Assembly (NCBI RefSeq): GCF_009914755.1
Contig: NC_060931.1
Strand: one strand, 5' to 3'
Source: the human T2T-CHM13v2.0 reference genome, Homo sapiens
Length of the DNA stretch: 64,000 bases
Within the stretch, counting starts at the first letter, position 1; each line of letters begins with the position of its first letter. Position numbers and translations under genes: made by a program. The notes below the pieces were generated by a model. That model made no database searches, was not told where the DNA came from, and saw only the letters and a program-made list of their open reading frames with translations. This document shows, one piece after another, positions 1 through 13,911 of the stretch.

Positions 1-748
1 TCTCCTATGCAAGTTATGTCTGTGAAAGAAGAATAAAAGTGAAATTTTCTGTGAAAGGGGGATAGTGGGGAAGAGAAAAGAGATAGTATGGCTATTTATC
101 AGATATTTAATTGTAGAATTGAAGTGCTGCAGAGACACTGACTCACAATTATTTAGGAGACACTGGCAGCTTCAAATCCTCAAGGCTGACAGCACGGAAC
201 ATGTGCCATTTGTTGGAGTAGCAAGCATGGTATTGCCCCCAAGACATTAAATTATGTGCTAACTGTCCTCACCCTAAGAAGTTTACTATGTTTTCTAGGT
301 TTTTCTGGTTGTTGATTGTTTGGTTTCAATGCACACAAGTAGCAGGACTATTGCCAAAGGAAGTGTCATGGCTTGCAAAGAGTGACATACAAGATCTATT
401 TCACATCTTTCTATTTTTCCATTCCTCCATGTCTATACCTAGTGGCAATAATCCCAAAATTTTTGCAAAAATGTGCCAAGATATTTCATTTTAATATTAA
501 ATCAGATATTAACTTGTTAGTGCCTACACCTTCTTCCGACCCAATAGAAACCCACCTATTATTTTTAAGACAGAAACAGCTTTAAAACCCTTCTCATTGC
601 TGGGGAAGAGCCATCCTTATTCCAGCTGCACTTGCAGTGAGTCACTGCAAGTAAATTAGATTTACCAAGAGAAAGGGAGGAGCTGAAGATGAAAACAATT
701 TATCCCACCGAAATAATATTATTTAGGAGTCCAGCCTCCAAACCCTCA

Positions 749-760
749 TCTCTCTCTCTC

Positions 761-798
<38 letters not shown>

Positions 799-806
799 AC
801 ACACAC
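749..806 (+). repeat. (TC)n(CA)n microsatellite
   Basis: Directly visible. Confidence 0.95.
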
Positions 807-1074
807 TCTTTTGCACTTTTCACTGTAGCTTGGAAAGAACTTAAGTGTCCCCAATGCTAGCAACAAATTCAGATTTGAGGTAGTGAGTTGGTGCTCTTAG
901 TTTTACCGCAGCCATGCTGGCATCAGACAGAAAGCTGAGAAAATCTGTTTTCAACAGGCACAGAATTGGAAAGGAGGAGAAAAGGTCAGAGAAATTAGCT
1001 TTTCTTCTTTTCCACAAAAGCAAAGGGTGATATTTTCATGTTTTCTATGATAATAATGACCACAATTATAACAA

Positions 1075-1290
1075 GATTGAGTAGTTTTTAGGAAGTATGA
1101 AGTGCCAGATGCTAGTCTAAATCTTTTACATAGATAATCTCATTTAACCGACACACGTTTATGGATAGGTAACATCACTTAGCAAATGTGAGACCGGTAT
1201 ACAGAGATTGGGCACCTTGCACAGTATCACATTGCTGAGCTGGCACAAGGGAGATTTGAATCAAAAGCACTGACCTTGGATGCCAATGGC
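1075..1290 (-). mobile_element. MIR
   Basis: atctcatttaacc...gggagatttgaatc, the reverse complement of the MIR core. Confidence 0.6.
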
Positions 1291-2339
1291 CTCACCTATG
1301 TGTAGCAGTAAATGGGGGTCTTGGGTAAGTGAACAAAACACATGGCCTGCATATTAGTTCAAGTCACCAACCATTTAATTTAAAATCTTCTATGTACAAT
1401 AAGAATCATGAAATCCAAATACATTTCTTCCTATCCCGTATTAAAATTAAATCACTAGAATTAAATAAGGAGGGGAAATTTTTACTTAATTTATATTTAG
1501 AACTTATTATTCCTGTGGTTGAAAAGAAGGGTTTTCAGTCATATGCATACAATACAATGTTTAATTCATAAAGCATTAAAAAAACCCATGAGACTGGGAT
1601 TACAGATTGATTGATATTCTATGAACATGACTAAGAGGTCCTATATAAAGTACCATAAAGTTAAAAGAAAACAAGTCTCCCTGCTGAACAGTCGTGACAG
1701 AATTGCTGCTTAAAAATAGATCAATCATATGATTTAAACAATTCCTCTGGAGGATAGGGAGGGGACATGAAGAAACTAGAATATTTAAAATATTAAAAAG
1801 TCCTTCTAGGGGCTTGAGAACAAACGCAGCTTTAACAATGTGGGCACCAAGCCCAAAACTGCCAAGTTGCCTTTGGGGATAAAGACATTTAACTGTGTTC
1901 CTAAATGTATAACAAAAAAGAATGCTTTCCTCTTCTTCTACCTCCCCTGTAATAAACAGTCAAAGATGCACCGTGTGAAAATAACGCATTTGGGCTTTGA
2001 GACCATATGCTGACACTGAGAATCTAAAATGGGCTGACTCATGAGCCTTGTGAATTTTTCTTCATTGTCCTGATTAATAAGGTTAGTTGAAGTCAAGTTA
2101 TGAGAAAACCAGTCGAGCACAGACAAATCATTCTCCTTTCTTTTCGGAAAATACCACCCAGCTTTTAATTACACATGTTGTATTTACAACAAGAAGTCAA
2201 TAGTTTGTTCAACTTTACTAACAAGAAAAATAGTATTTGGAAAAATTTTTAAGCAGAATATATAAAAATATTATTAGGTTGTAATTGGCTAGATCTCCCC
2301 AGCCCCACTAGGGGGGTCATTTTGACTAGAGAGATACAA

Positions 2340-2540
2340 CGTTGAGTAAGAGGTAAAGTCATGGTGTTTGGAACCTGAGAGACTTAAATAGAACTCATGG
2401 GTCTGTCAGTTAAATGACTGTGGACTCCTGGATAAGTTATTCAAACCTCTCTGAACTTCACTACCTTATTTGTGAAATGGAGGTTATATATATTACACTA
2501 TGAGTTACTTTAAGGATTAGAGATAACGCATATATATGCC
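2340..2540 (+). mobile_element. MIR
   Basis: ggataagttattcaaacctctctgaacttcactaccttatttgtgaaatggagg. Confidence 0.65.
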
Positions 2541-3365
2541 TAGTTACTAGTACTAATTCCCATTATAAACATCTGATTCTTAATCTGATGAGCCAATTGG
2601 CTCGCAGGTATGGCTGCTACCAAGATGTTCTTTGATCTGACTGCAACTTCTACCATAGTTTCCATGCTTTAGCTTCATTTAAGTGCTTTAGCTTTACTAA
2701 ACATGTTGGACTCGTAAGAAACCCTGATATTCTTATTGCTCCTGTGATCGGCAAAGTACAAGATGAAATAAAGAGGAATTTGGTGTCCAAACTTTAGCCT
2801 CTTATATAAAACAACAACCTTAATACTTATTTATCAAATATGTATGTAGCTTTCACTGCATGCTTAACATTGACATTACAGAGGTGACTGAAAAACACAA
2901 TGCCCTGTCCCTATAAAGTTTACATTTATAGGATAAGGTGGGAGTGAGAGGGCCAGAGCTACTTGGTTGGAAAGGTGAGAAACAAAGGCTATGGGGAAAC
3001 ATAAGGCAGGTTTATGGATGGGTTGTGGATGGTTTATGTGAATCTATGTGAGAAAGAACAGCCATGAGAACACTTGCTCTCTCCTAACGCAATTAAAAAA
3101 GTAGTTTCTAGATTATTTAACTGTTATCATATCCTGGGTGGCCACTTCCAATCTTAATTCAGATTCTGCTTAATTATCTCAGCACTGTTTAGAATCCAAA
3201 AGTCACGTCAATATATCTCCTATGAATCCCACCTGTAATTGTCAGGACCGTAAAATACATTGTAAGTTTTCTATAATATCAGTAGGAATTGAGGGAAGAA
3301 ATTTTACCCCTAGGGTACTTGAGGCAGCATCTTTTCAATACTGCTTGGACAGAAAAAAAGGACTC

Positions 3366-3746
3366 TGTTGTGGGGCCAATTGTGTTCCCTAAAAATGCAT
3401 ATGTGAAACTCTTCATCCCCAGTAGTACCTCACAATGTGACTATATTTGGAGATAGAATCTTTAAAAAGGTAAATACAGTTAAATGAGGTCATTAGGGCA
3501 GGCCGTCATTTAATATGACTGGTGTCCTCATAAGAAAAGGAGATTAGGAGGCCGACACAGAGGGAAGGCCATGTGAAGACACGGGGAGGTGAAATTCTGC
3601 AAGCCAAGGAGAGTCTTCAGAAGAAACCAACCCTGCAGACACCATGCTCACAAATTTCCAGCCTCCAGAATTGTGAGATAAATTATTGTTGTTTAAGCCA
3701 TGCAGTTTGTGGTCCTCTGTTATAGCAGCTCTAGGTAATTAATTCA
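3366..3746 (+). mobile_element. Solo MaLR LTR (MLT1A/B-like)
   Basis: TG...CA termini; MLT1 motifs (aatgtgactatatttggagatag, ttccagcctccagaattgtgaga, tttaagcca...tttgtgg...tgttatagcagc); 5-bp TSD GACTC at 3361-3365 and 3747-3751. Confidence 0.9.
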
Positions 3747-6700
3747 GACTCCAAAGTCATATAAAAGCCATTCAGCCCGTTTGTCTTCCCAGTAATTTAT
3801 TTTTCAGGTTATTTGACTTTAGCTCATAATAAGAATATAGAATTATAAACATTGTTTAACATTTATGAAAGAACCTCAGTCACCACCCTCTAGGAACAAA
3901 GGTGTGCCTTTCCCACCCCTAATATTTTTGGCTGCTTCCGTTTTGGCACAAAGGTAAGGTATTAGACTATGACTGGACCTCCACATTTCTTCTTTATGAA
4001 AGAGCAATATTCTTTCCACTATACAATTCTCTATTCTAAGTTGAACCATTCTGAAAAACAAATTACATTTCCACTAAAATGATCTTGGTAGGGATAGAAA
4101 AAAACTGTTTCTTACTTTCTCAATTTTTAGTTTTTCTCTCTCACTTATCTTTCTTGCACCATCAAAGGCAGGGGGTGGACAGGGTAACAGGTTACTAAAC
4201 AGTAGCTGTCGGCAGGAAATGATTTGGGATGGTATGGGTTAGTTCTTTCTCATTCACATTTCAGAGTTTAACAGAAAGTTGGAATGCTGGACCAGTAAAG
4301 CAGGAAATTCTTTACAAGCCCCCACTTCCACATCTGCTGCCTCTTTTTAAGTCCATCTGCTGAAGTTCAATAGTGTCCCCAGATTTCCTCAATTAATTTT
4401 TCAGTAGGCAATTCCTTGCTAGTAGACTGATATTTTTGGTAGATGAAAGGCCCCAAGCCCTTCATTTTTTCAGAAAGATTCACACTGCAAAAATGTTTGC
4501 AAAGAGTTAATGGGAATGGAACACTTCATATATAGTCTGTGCCACACATATATCCACACAGCTATTAGAAAAATACATTTGTAAGGTACTTTATTACTAA
4601 AATTCTTCTTAATCATGGTCTCCTGCAATACTCAAAAGAACTGTGCCAGTAAGTGGGCAGTTATTGTTCTTGTACATAGGGTGTGAAGGAAGGGGAGATC
4701 AGTGGCAGGGACATTAACCAGCTCAACCAATAGGCAGACCAGAAGCCTAGGTCTCTGGATGCCATCCAGTACATTCCCTTACATAAAAGTACAAAAATGC
4801 TGTGCTTATGTGCTCACATTTGAGATTTTTTGAAAATCTGAAGATATCAGCTATTTCTTTTAAAAAATCTAATAGTTTTATTAAAATTACTAATCAATCA
4901 CGTGAAAAGAATTACTTTGGTTGCCTATGTACCCACTGCCTTAGGGTCTGTGGGACATGGAACACAGGTGTGCTTTGTTATGTCCTTGGGATTCAGGGCA
5001 ATTAATGTTCTCTTTCTCCTGTTCCCTATTTAGCACACAGCAAGGCTGGCCCGTTTGAGCATCCTCATGTGATCCTTGATTGCATTACAAAATATGATCA
5101 AAAGAATCTACCTCAATGGGCATGATTGTGCTGCTTGCTAAACTCAATGGCAATTTATTTAAATATGATACTCTGCAGGAGAACTCCTTCAAAGAAAAGG
5201 CACAACAGGCAGTTTATCATTTCCATGCAAGGCATTTGGAGTTATTACCTCGTGAAAGCATTGGGGGAAACAAGGATAATGCTGGTGGAAGAGTTAAAAT
5301 GGGATATGATCATACGCCCTACTCTCTATGCACAATGCTAGTTGTGTCCTAGGGTTAATAGCTTGGTGGTCCCTCTTAACACAAATCAGCCTTCCAAACA
5401 GAGTAAAGGGATGGGCGTGGGTGGTAAGGAAATTAGGATCATGGATTCTAGACAATAATGTATCTGAGATAATCGCGTGATGCAAGCACATTACTATTCA
5501 GTGTGTGGCAGATACTGCTAATTCACTAAAAAACTAACTCAGGCAAATATAAATTAAAGCACGTGCAGGATTGGATTGTAAAAATAAAAGAGCAATTAGT
5601 ACTGCAGTATGTGCACATCTGCAATAATCCTGTTTGATGCATCTTCTATTAATTTACTTTATTGGAAGGGAAAAAAATCAGGTCAACAGAAGGAAATGCA
5701 TAGCTTTTGGCCACTACAAAGGATTTCCAAACATTGACTAAGTTTGCTATGTAAATGTGTCAAATATCCTTCTTTCAGCCCAGAGTAGAAAGGCAAACTG
5801 TCTCTTATTTGTGAAGCTGTGATTTTTAAACTTACAAAGTTTAATTTTCAGAAGTGTGTTAATGACAATTTTTGTTCACGTACTCATTTTTCTCCCTGGT
5901 AATGTGCTTCCCATGTTTATGGGGAAAATATGTTAAATAGTAGGATTAATAAATTCATTTATTGACACAAAACTGCAACCCAATAAAATCTCTAATTTGT
6001 AATATGTAATGTGAAAAATTATAATTGTATTCCTGAATCTGGAAATACTTCATTGTATAACCTTCATTCAACAATACGTTTTAAACGTTTCTATGTTGAA
6101 GTGTAGAAAACAATAATTTAGATCTAAACTAATATATAAAAATTCAGTAAGTATAGAAAGTATTTCTGGAATGCAGCAATTAATCCTTTCCAAACTATAA
6201 AAATATTTTAACTCCTAGCTTAATGGGTTGTTAAATATTTCTCACTATATACTTGTTATTGTACCAGTATTTACTGAAATCACTAGCACAAACAGGCAAA
6301 TTATCAGTTTTCAACCAATTTAATTCTATGTTGAATAATAACTGTTTCTTAAATACATCATCTATCATGCCTAATTTTTAGGATAAAATTTCTTTCAAAA
6401 CAGAGCTTTTTTTAAAAACAAAAATTGCTTTTGGGGAGGTAAAGTCTATGTCAAAAACAACAAAAAATACTTTTTCCTTTAAAATTAGAAGCAGTCTATG
6501 CTCTCTGCTTTATGCCAATTCATCTTCAGCTTTCTGATTCCAAACATGCTTACTTTAAATAACTCACACATTTGTATATTACTACCTTTCTCTTTCATTT
6601 ACAAAGAAAGCAAATAATATGGCTGTAAGTGAAGCAATACATTATTCATAGATTAATTATCATTGTTTAATTATTCGGACAAAACTTCAGCTCAAGGGAA

Positions 6701-8481
6701 ATATGTTTAAAGTATACTATATCCTATCCATTATGAGACAATGCACTTTGAATAATATTATCAGGAGTATATCTGTAACTTAAGGATTGTCAGTCTTTCT
6801 ATTTTTATAGATTTAAAACATTTAAAGCATTGTGCTCAATTCAAGAAAATATTTTGATATAAACTAAGCTTTATTATAATAAATTATGTGTTGAATAATT
6901 TCTTTAAAAATAAAACCACTTTCGATATAAACCTTGTTATTAAAAATCCCAAGTATCATTTGTGTATTATGTAATAATTAAATATTAAAATGAAAACAGG
7001 TAACTATAAGGTCTTGAGGAAAAGTGTTATGTAATTTAAATAAATTCAATACAATATAATAGCTAATCAGATTAAATGTTTTTGTCAATTGAAATTTGCT
7101 TTATTGAGTAATTTATAAATTTCAATTTGTATATATATATATGTAAAATAATGTTTGGAAAATAACACTTAAAAAGCGTAGTCTACAAACATTGAACTTT
7201 TGCTTTTGTGCCGTGTACATAAATGAGACTTTATTTTCAAGACCGAATCTGTGGGAACAGCCTGAATTTCTGGTTTCTTAAGTGAGATTAGCAGAATAGA
7301 TTAGAAGCATCGCTTCTACTGTAAACCACATGCAGAGATAATACAAGTGAATATTACTCCTAAAACTTTGAGAATTTCATATTTGTTAAGTCTACACCAT
7401 TAAGTATATCTATACCACAGATCACAATCTACATTGTCACATTGGAAGCCTTTGAATTTATAATTTTTATCTAAGTGTTAGACAAGAATTGGTGTTTATG
7501 AAAAGCATTATTTTATATCAAGTAAGTGTAAATGTTAGTGTCTCAGATAATTTGCACTAACTACGCATGCCCTCTACCACACATCCTGCCGAAATAGTTT
7601 TTGTTTTTGTCTTAATTTTTGCACATATGTGGGCTGGGTACTACCTGTCATACTTCAGAGTTCTAAAGCCCCTAGGACACAGAGCCAGATCAGAGCTTCT
7701 GCATTAACTCTCAATTTCCTGGCTTTTTGAGGGATTCGGCAGACCCATAATGTTTCTTTAGTATTGGCTTTTTACTGTGGTTTAATATTTCTAAAAGCAG
7801 TAAATTATTTCCAGCGTATGTAAAAAAGACAAATTTCTCTGTGGTTAGTGACCACAAAACAAAACAAGAAACAGAAATACTCCAGAGCGTAGATCCTAAG
7901 AAAAGTTTCAAATTCTAAACCTTACTTTAAGATCATAGGTGAAAAAGAAAATTTTGATGCAGAATTTTGAACTGATATTTTAAAGACTTCTTGCCAATAT
8001 TCGTTCCTGTATCTATTATTTCCATCATCAGTAGCAAGAGTGCTAATCATTACATAAGCATACACACTCATTGTCTCTCATAGGCATATAACATAGCTAC
8101 GAGCTGTTGAATAAGACTAATATTGACTAGTAAAGATACCTTATGAATGACTTATGGTAGACTCTTAATTTTTGATTCAGTGAATTACTAACAAACACTT
8201 TCTTTAACAAGAAAATAGTGAAGTAAAACTATTAGCAAATGACTTCTGATAGCAAGAACATGTTATTAGTTGATCACTGTTTTTGTTTTTGCTCTTGGAT
8301 CTCAAGTTTTTCTTTTTGTTTTTGCACTATAGTAATTTGAGATTCAAAAATAATTTTTGAATTTTTAAAATAATGCTTCACTTTGCAGGCTTTAGTTATG
8401 ATTTTTAAAAACATAACATTTTAAAAGATTCTATAGATTTAAAATTTTGCATCTGACAGAAAACATTTCTTGACAACTTAA

Positions 8482-8609
8482 CCCATTTATGATGGAGGTT
8501 GCAAATTTTTTGTGAAAAATCAGACCTTGGCGATGACCTTGAGCAGTAGGATACAAATAACTCCCACAAGCTTATCATTCAAATAATGGAACACTACAGC
8601 ATAAATGAT
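8482..8609 (-). mobile_element. MER85 piggyBac-derived (PGBD3-family) MITE
   Basis: TTAA|CCCATTTATG left end and GCATAAATGAT|TTAG degenerate right end. Internal ggaggttgcaaattttttgtgaaaaatcagaccttggcgatgaccttgagcagtagga matches the MER85 consensus as I recall it. Confidence 0.8.
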
Positions 8610-8873
8610 TTAGAGCAGTAATTGAAAATTGTATTTTACTGAGGCATTGTCTGACATATTCAATTACCAGAATGATAGTGCTGGGGATACATCCATTTTG
8701 CTATACAACTATAGACACCTAGATGCTCAGATAAATTCATTTAAGTGGCTGAGGAACACAGCTAATAATTGGCAGAGCTTAGACTCTTTCTTTTTCCATT
8801 TATACCCCAAGCTAATCCAACTACACATCAGAAAGAGTACTTTCATTTAGGGCAAAATTAACAATGCAAGAAG

Positions 8874-9039
8874 ACCTCATAACCTCAAAATAAAGATACA
8901 TATGCCAATGAGAAGGGCAACATTAATGGTTTGATTACTGTATATAAGAAAAAGAAACCTCATAACCTCAAAATAAAGACACATATGCCAAGGAGAAGGG
9001 CAATATTAATGGTCTGATTACTGTATATAAGAAAAAGAA
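8874..9039 (+). repeat. 83-bp tandem duplication (2 copies, 4 mismatches)
   Basis: acctcataacctcaaaataaaga...ctgtatataagaaaaagaa at 8874-8956 and 8957-9039. Confidence 0.95.
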
Positions 9040-10599
9040 GAGCAAAATGCATATTGCTCATAAAGCAATCATGAAGCAGAAACATTCTTAAAACATTGTT
9101 TTATGTTGCTAAACTTTTACCTCTCTCAAACTTCGCCAAAGACAGCACAAAGCAGCAGAGATTTCATGGACAAGAGAGACTAATAATGACAAAATGTAGT
9201 GCAGATTCTAGACTCTCAAATTCAGGTGAAATAACATAAATAAGTTTTTAACTTTTTTAAAAAATCATTACTCCTGCTTGTTTGTGCATATTTCTTCTGG
9301 AGCAGATCAAAACTAAGCTGAGAACCTAGATGGTATGCACAGATAAAGAAATGGGCATATCACGTCAAGATTTCTACCCCGATATGGTAAAACCAATGTT
9401 ATATATGGAACAGCTTTTTCTAAACTTTCTAAATTACATAGCTTGGATCTGAGAATTTCTAAGCTTAGAAAATTAGAGGACATAGATCTAGGATTTTTTT
9501 TTTTTTTTTTTTACGTAAACAATTACAAGTAAGATGGACTAAGGTCAGCTTTAGTATGTATGATATTAGAATGATTCCAGAACGTTTCTGGCTTTGTGTA
9601 AGAATCTTTCACTATGAAAGACAGGTTGCAATTTAAAAACTCACCTTGAATATAAAGTAAAAGAAAGGGAAACTAAAATAAACTTTTATTTAATAAATTG
9701 TTTTGTTTCAAATGTATAATTATTCTCGAATACAAACTATAGTCTTCTTTTTTATGACATCCTCTCTGCTAAAATTATATACATAGTACTTCTATCTGCT
9801 CCCTCGTTGGAATAAAATACTCAAGTTGTTTTACATCTGAAAGCAGAGTTGAGATTCCTGCCCAAACTTGACAATGGGCTTTAAAAGTAAATGTAAATTG
9901 TGAAATGGTGTCTCAAGAGGATATTAAAACATAAATGTTAAGTGGAATAACACAGTCAAAACTGTCACACAGAGTTAATAGTAAATTGTATAATGATGCC
10001 AAGGAGGCATAATCTACATTTAATTCGAAGCTCTTCAGACTAATAACTACGATCTTGAAGCAGATGCCTATGCTTGTAGATAATGAGCCAAAACAAAATT
10101 CCAGGACAGAATAAAATAGCTATAAATAAGATAGAAAAGAAAAATGCCTTTAAGTTTGAAAATGTGCAAGTGGCTTAAAAGTATACATATATATCCAGCT
10201 ATAAATGTGTATGTATAGTTATACACATGTATGTATGTGTGTATATGTATATAACATATAGCATTATGCCTTTGCTTCCTAGCTGAGATCAACACATGCT
10301 TTTGTACTTATAAGGAAGTAAACTTTAAAAATCACACTGCCACTTTCTATGTGCAAGCAATATTCTTTTTATATTTATATGCAATAATTTCACTAGAAGC
10401 TGTGTGCTTTTCTGGAAAAGCAAGGTCCACAGGTTTCTTTATCTTTGACATTTCCAAAGTTATTACTCTTTTCTCCCTTGCATTGGAATCTTTTTCTTAT
10501 ATGCATAAGAGTGCCTTTTCTTCCAGATTTTCCTTTTGAAAGAAGGAGCAGATAAGTGTTTTATGTCACAGAAGCACAGCCATGTGAATGGTACATGGG

Positions 10600-10740
10600 C
10601 TTCTGTTTCCAGCAGTAACAAAGACTCCACTGTGTGCCCTCAGGTGAGTCACTTAACCCTGCTGTGTCACAACTGCTCCACCTGCAAATTCAGTAATCAC
10701 CTTTGCCACTCATCTTCCTCTTGGGGTTGTTTTGAGTATG
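10600..10740 (+). mobile_element. MIR fragment
   Basis: ctgtgtgccctcaggtgagtcacttaaccctgctgtgtc...cacctgcaaa. Confidence 0.5.
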
Positions 10741-10780
10741 TCGTAACTGGTCATTTATTTGATCCATTCAAGAAACACCC

Positions 10781-11132
<352 letters not shown>

Positions 11133-13580
11133 TCAGTTATAAAACTACATCCAACAGCAATATTTCCTTACTGAAAGAGACAAAAGGCAGCCAATTGAAG
11201 AATGCCAGACCCAAATGACATCTTGAAGGCCTTTGAGATTCTCAGATGAAAGGCTTTATGTAAAAATAAAGTGTTGCTACTACCTAGGCAGAGAAAAATG
11301 CACACATTTTCTTTCAGCATTCAAGAGACCAATACAGTGGTGCCCTCTGCTCTCCTTTGATTTTTCGTTTGCATTTAGTTTGACGACAATATAGATAAAT
11401 CCTCCATTTGGTGCCATTGGACCAGGGTTACATTTCAGTATGTGGAAAAATGATGAAATGAAAGAGAAAAGCCTTTGAAAGAAAGTGAAAATAAATGTAA
11501 TAGCCAAAGCCAAATAATAGTCAGAGTATATTTAAAGTCTATTAAAGAGCAGCAGTCAGGGTATCAAATGCACACTCTTTCATCCTCTGTGGTCAGCCTA
11601 CTATGTGGACCACCTGCCTTAAATTACACAAGTTCACCGCATCCCTGGAGTGAAGGGGAAGGCAGGAGAAGAATGGGGGTGGAGAAGCAACTTTCTCCAT
11701 TCATACTAATCACACAAATGGTAAAATCTTTTTAGAATGCCTCTTTTCAATTCACAATCAATTACATTTGAGTCTCTAAACCACCACTCTTGGGTTTGGA
11801 ATAATGTGTGGATATGTGCAGTAAAAAAGTAACTTGAAGTTTCAGTTTCTCAGCAGATACTGATTGGCATGTACTGTTTAATCATCAGTGATTATGCTGT
11901 TTTAGAAGGTGAAAGAACAATGTGGAGCTGTTTATTGCACAGGAATATATGAAAATAGAGCCCTAATTGGCCGAATCAGGAGAAAAGACAGACCCTTCTG
12001 GACAGGCTGCTCCAGTTTGGACAAGAATCACATGTGGACAGTATATGTGGAGCTCTCACACGAAACAAATGGAGTTGATTTCACAGACATTACAACACAC
12101 TAATATGCTAGCCAAATTTCTTATTAGACTTAATACTTATTACTTTCAGAATACTATGGCTGCCACATATGGTTGTGAGGGATGGTCACTGAACAAGGGC
12201 ACTTGGTCCACAGTGCAAAGGGGCCTGAAATAAGTCCCACTCTGCACAATAAGATATAAGCCCTGAAAAAAAGGGCTCCCTTTACTATTTAGACAGGGAG
12301 CTCATATAAGCAAATAGCAACTATGGGCTCCACAGCTATTTTAAATTTAAAACATTTAAAATAAGTGTCTGAATCATAATGTTTCAATAAATGTTTTTGA
12401 ACATCTTTTTGCTTACCTGGGCTTTTATTCTAAAAATGAAAGATAAGAGTATTAATCCTCCTACCCCGCCCCCCTGCCCATGATAGAATGGGACTGTCAG
12501 TATTGTCATTTTTCAGTCATTTCTGCCCAGGTTTTCCTATTGGTATAATGTTGATAATTAGTATATTTAGTTCAAATTAACAAAAATGTCATGTGCCAGG
12601 CACAAAGCAAAGTGTTAGAATTACACATCACTAAGCTGGACAGGCATCTGTATACCAAAAACATATAGTCTAATAAGTGACTACTAATCACTTAATTTTT
12701 CCTACAGATTGATGAAAAGATAAAATAGCAAATGCAAAAGAGAAAGTTCTTGGGCTCACTTCCATTAGTTCTGTTCTAAAGTTTATACTCTCAGAATGCT
12801 TAATGCAGAGGAACTTATTTTCCCTCTCCACTCCTATTCTCCCACAGGTAAGGGGTCTCTAATTTTCTGCACCACCTCAAAATATCAAAGAAAACTGGGG
12901 TGTGGTAGCCACCGCAAGGACCTCCAGTGCACATGTAGCTAAACATACACAAGTGAGACCATGCTTCTGCGATTAGAGGCTTCTTCCTTCACTGTCATGA
13001 GCATAACATGGTCACTTATGCATAGTCCTTAGATCGTAATCAGAACTCCAAGAAATGTTTGCTGACTGAATAATCTTTCATTTGTTCAACTGAAGGCAGT
13101 GTCATAGTGGCCAGCCATGCAGCCTGTCACTTGAAGAAAAGTGCTTGAGGAAGAATGAACATTTCGACATTACTTCTTGCTGATCTACAATTTTAACTCT
13201 ATTTGTACAGCCAGATAACTGAGTACATGATTTACAGGAATAAATGAGAGTCACCTGTGGCTGTACGTTTGTGTAAGTCCACATACTTTTTACGTAGGTT
13301 GTTATATTTATGAATTGTGCTACCTACACTCTGGTTACAGGTTGTTCTTTACATCAATAACTCATGAAAACCCACTAGGAGAGCATGTCAGATATAAGAA
13401 TGGCACCACAGATCACAGATTGAAAAGACCTCTGGGATCATCTGCACAGAGTAGGAAAAACCACTCATGATCACTCTCCTTTGGTTCTGCCTCATCTGTA
13501 ATCACTCCATGGGGCAAACTGCACTCCTGGTTTTTCTGACCAACAAACAGTTCTGCACAGGCTAGTTAAATTATCTTTCC

Positions 13581-13911
<331 letters not shown>

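Noticed and set aside
5116-5352. 78-aa ATG ORF after a polypyrimidine/AG stretch
   Set aside because: No recognisable homology, and the length is within chance expectation.
8874-9039. Possible CRISPR-like array among the direct repeats (also 48516, 49301)
   Set aside because: Only two copies each, no series of unique spacers, eukaryotic context, no cas genes.
9456-9471. 16-bp palindrome TTTCTAAGCTTAGAAA
   Set aside because: 8-bp arms are expected about once or more by chance in 64 kb of AT-rich DNA.
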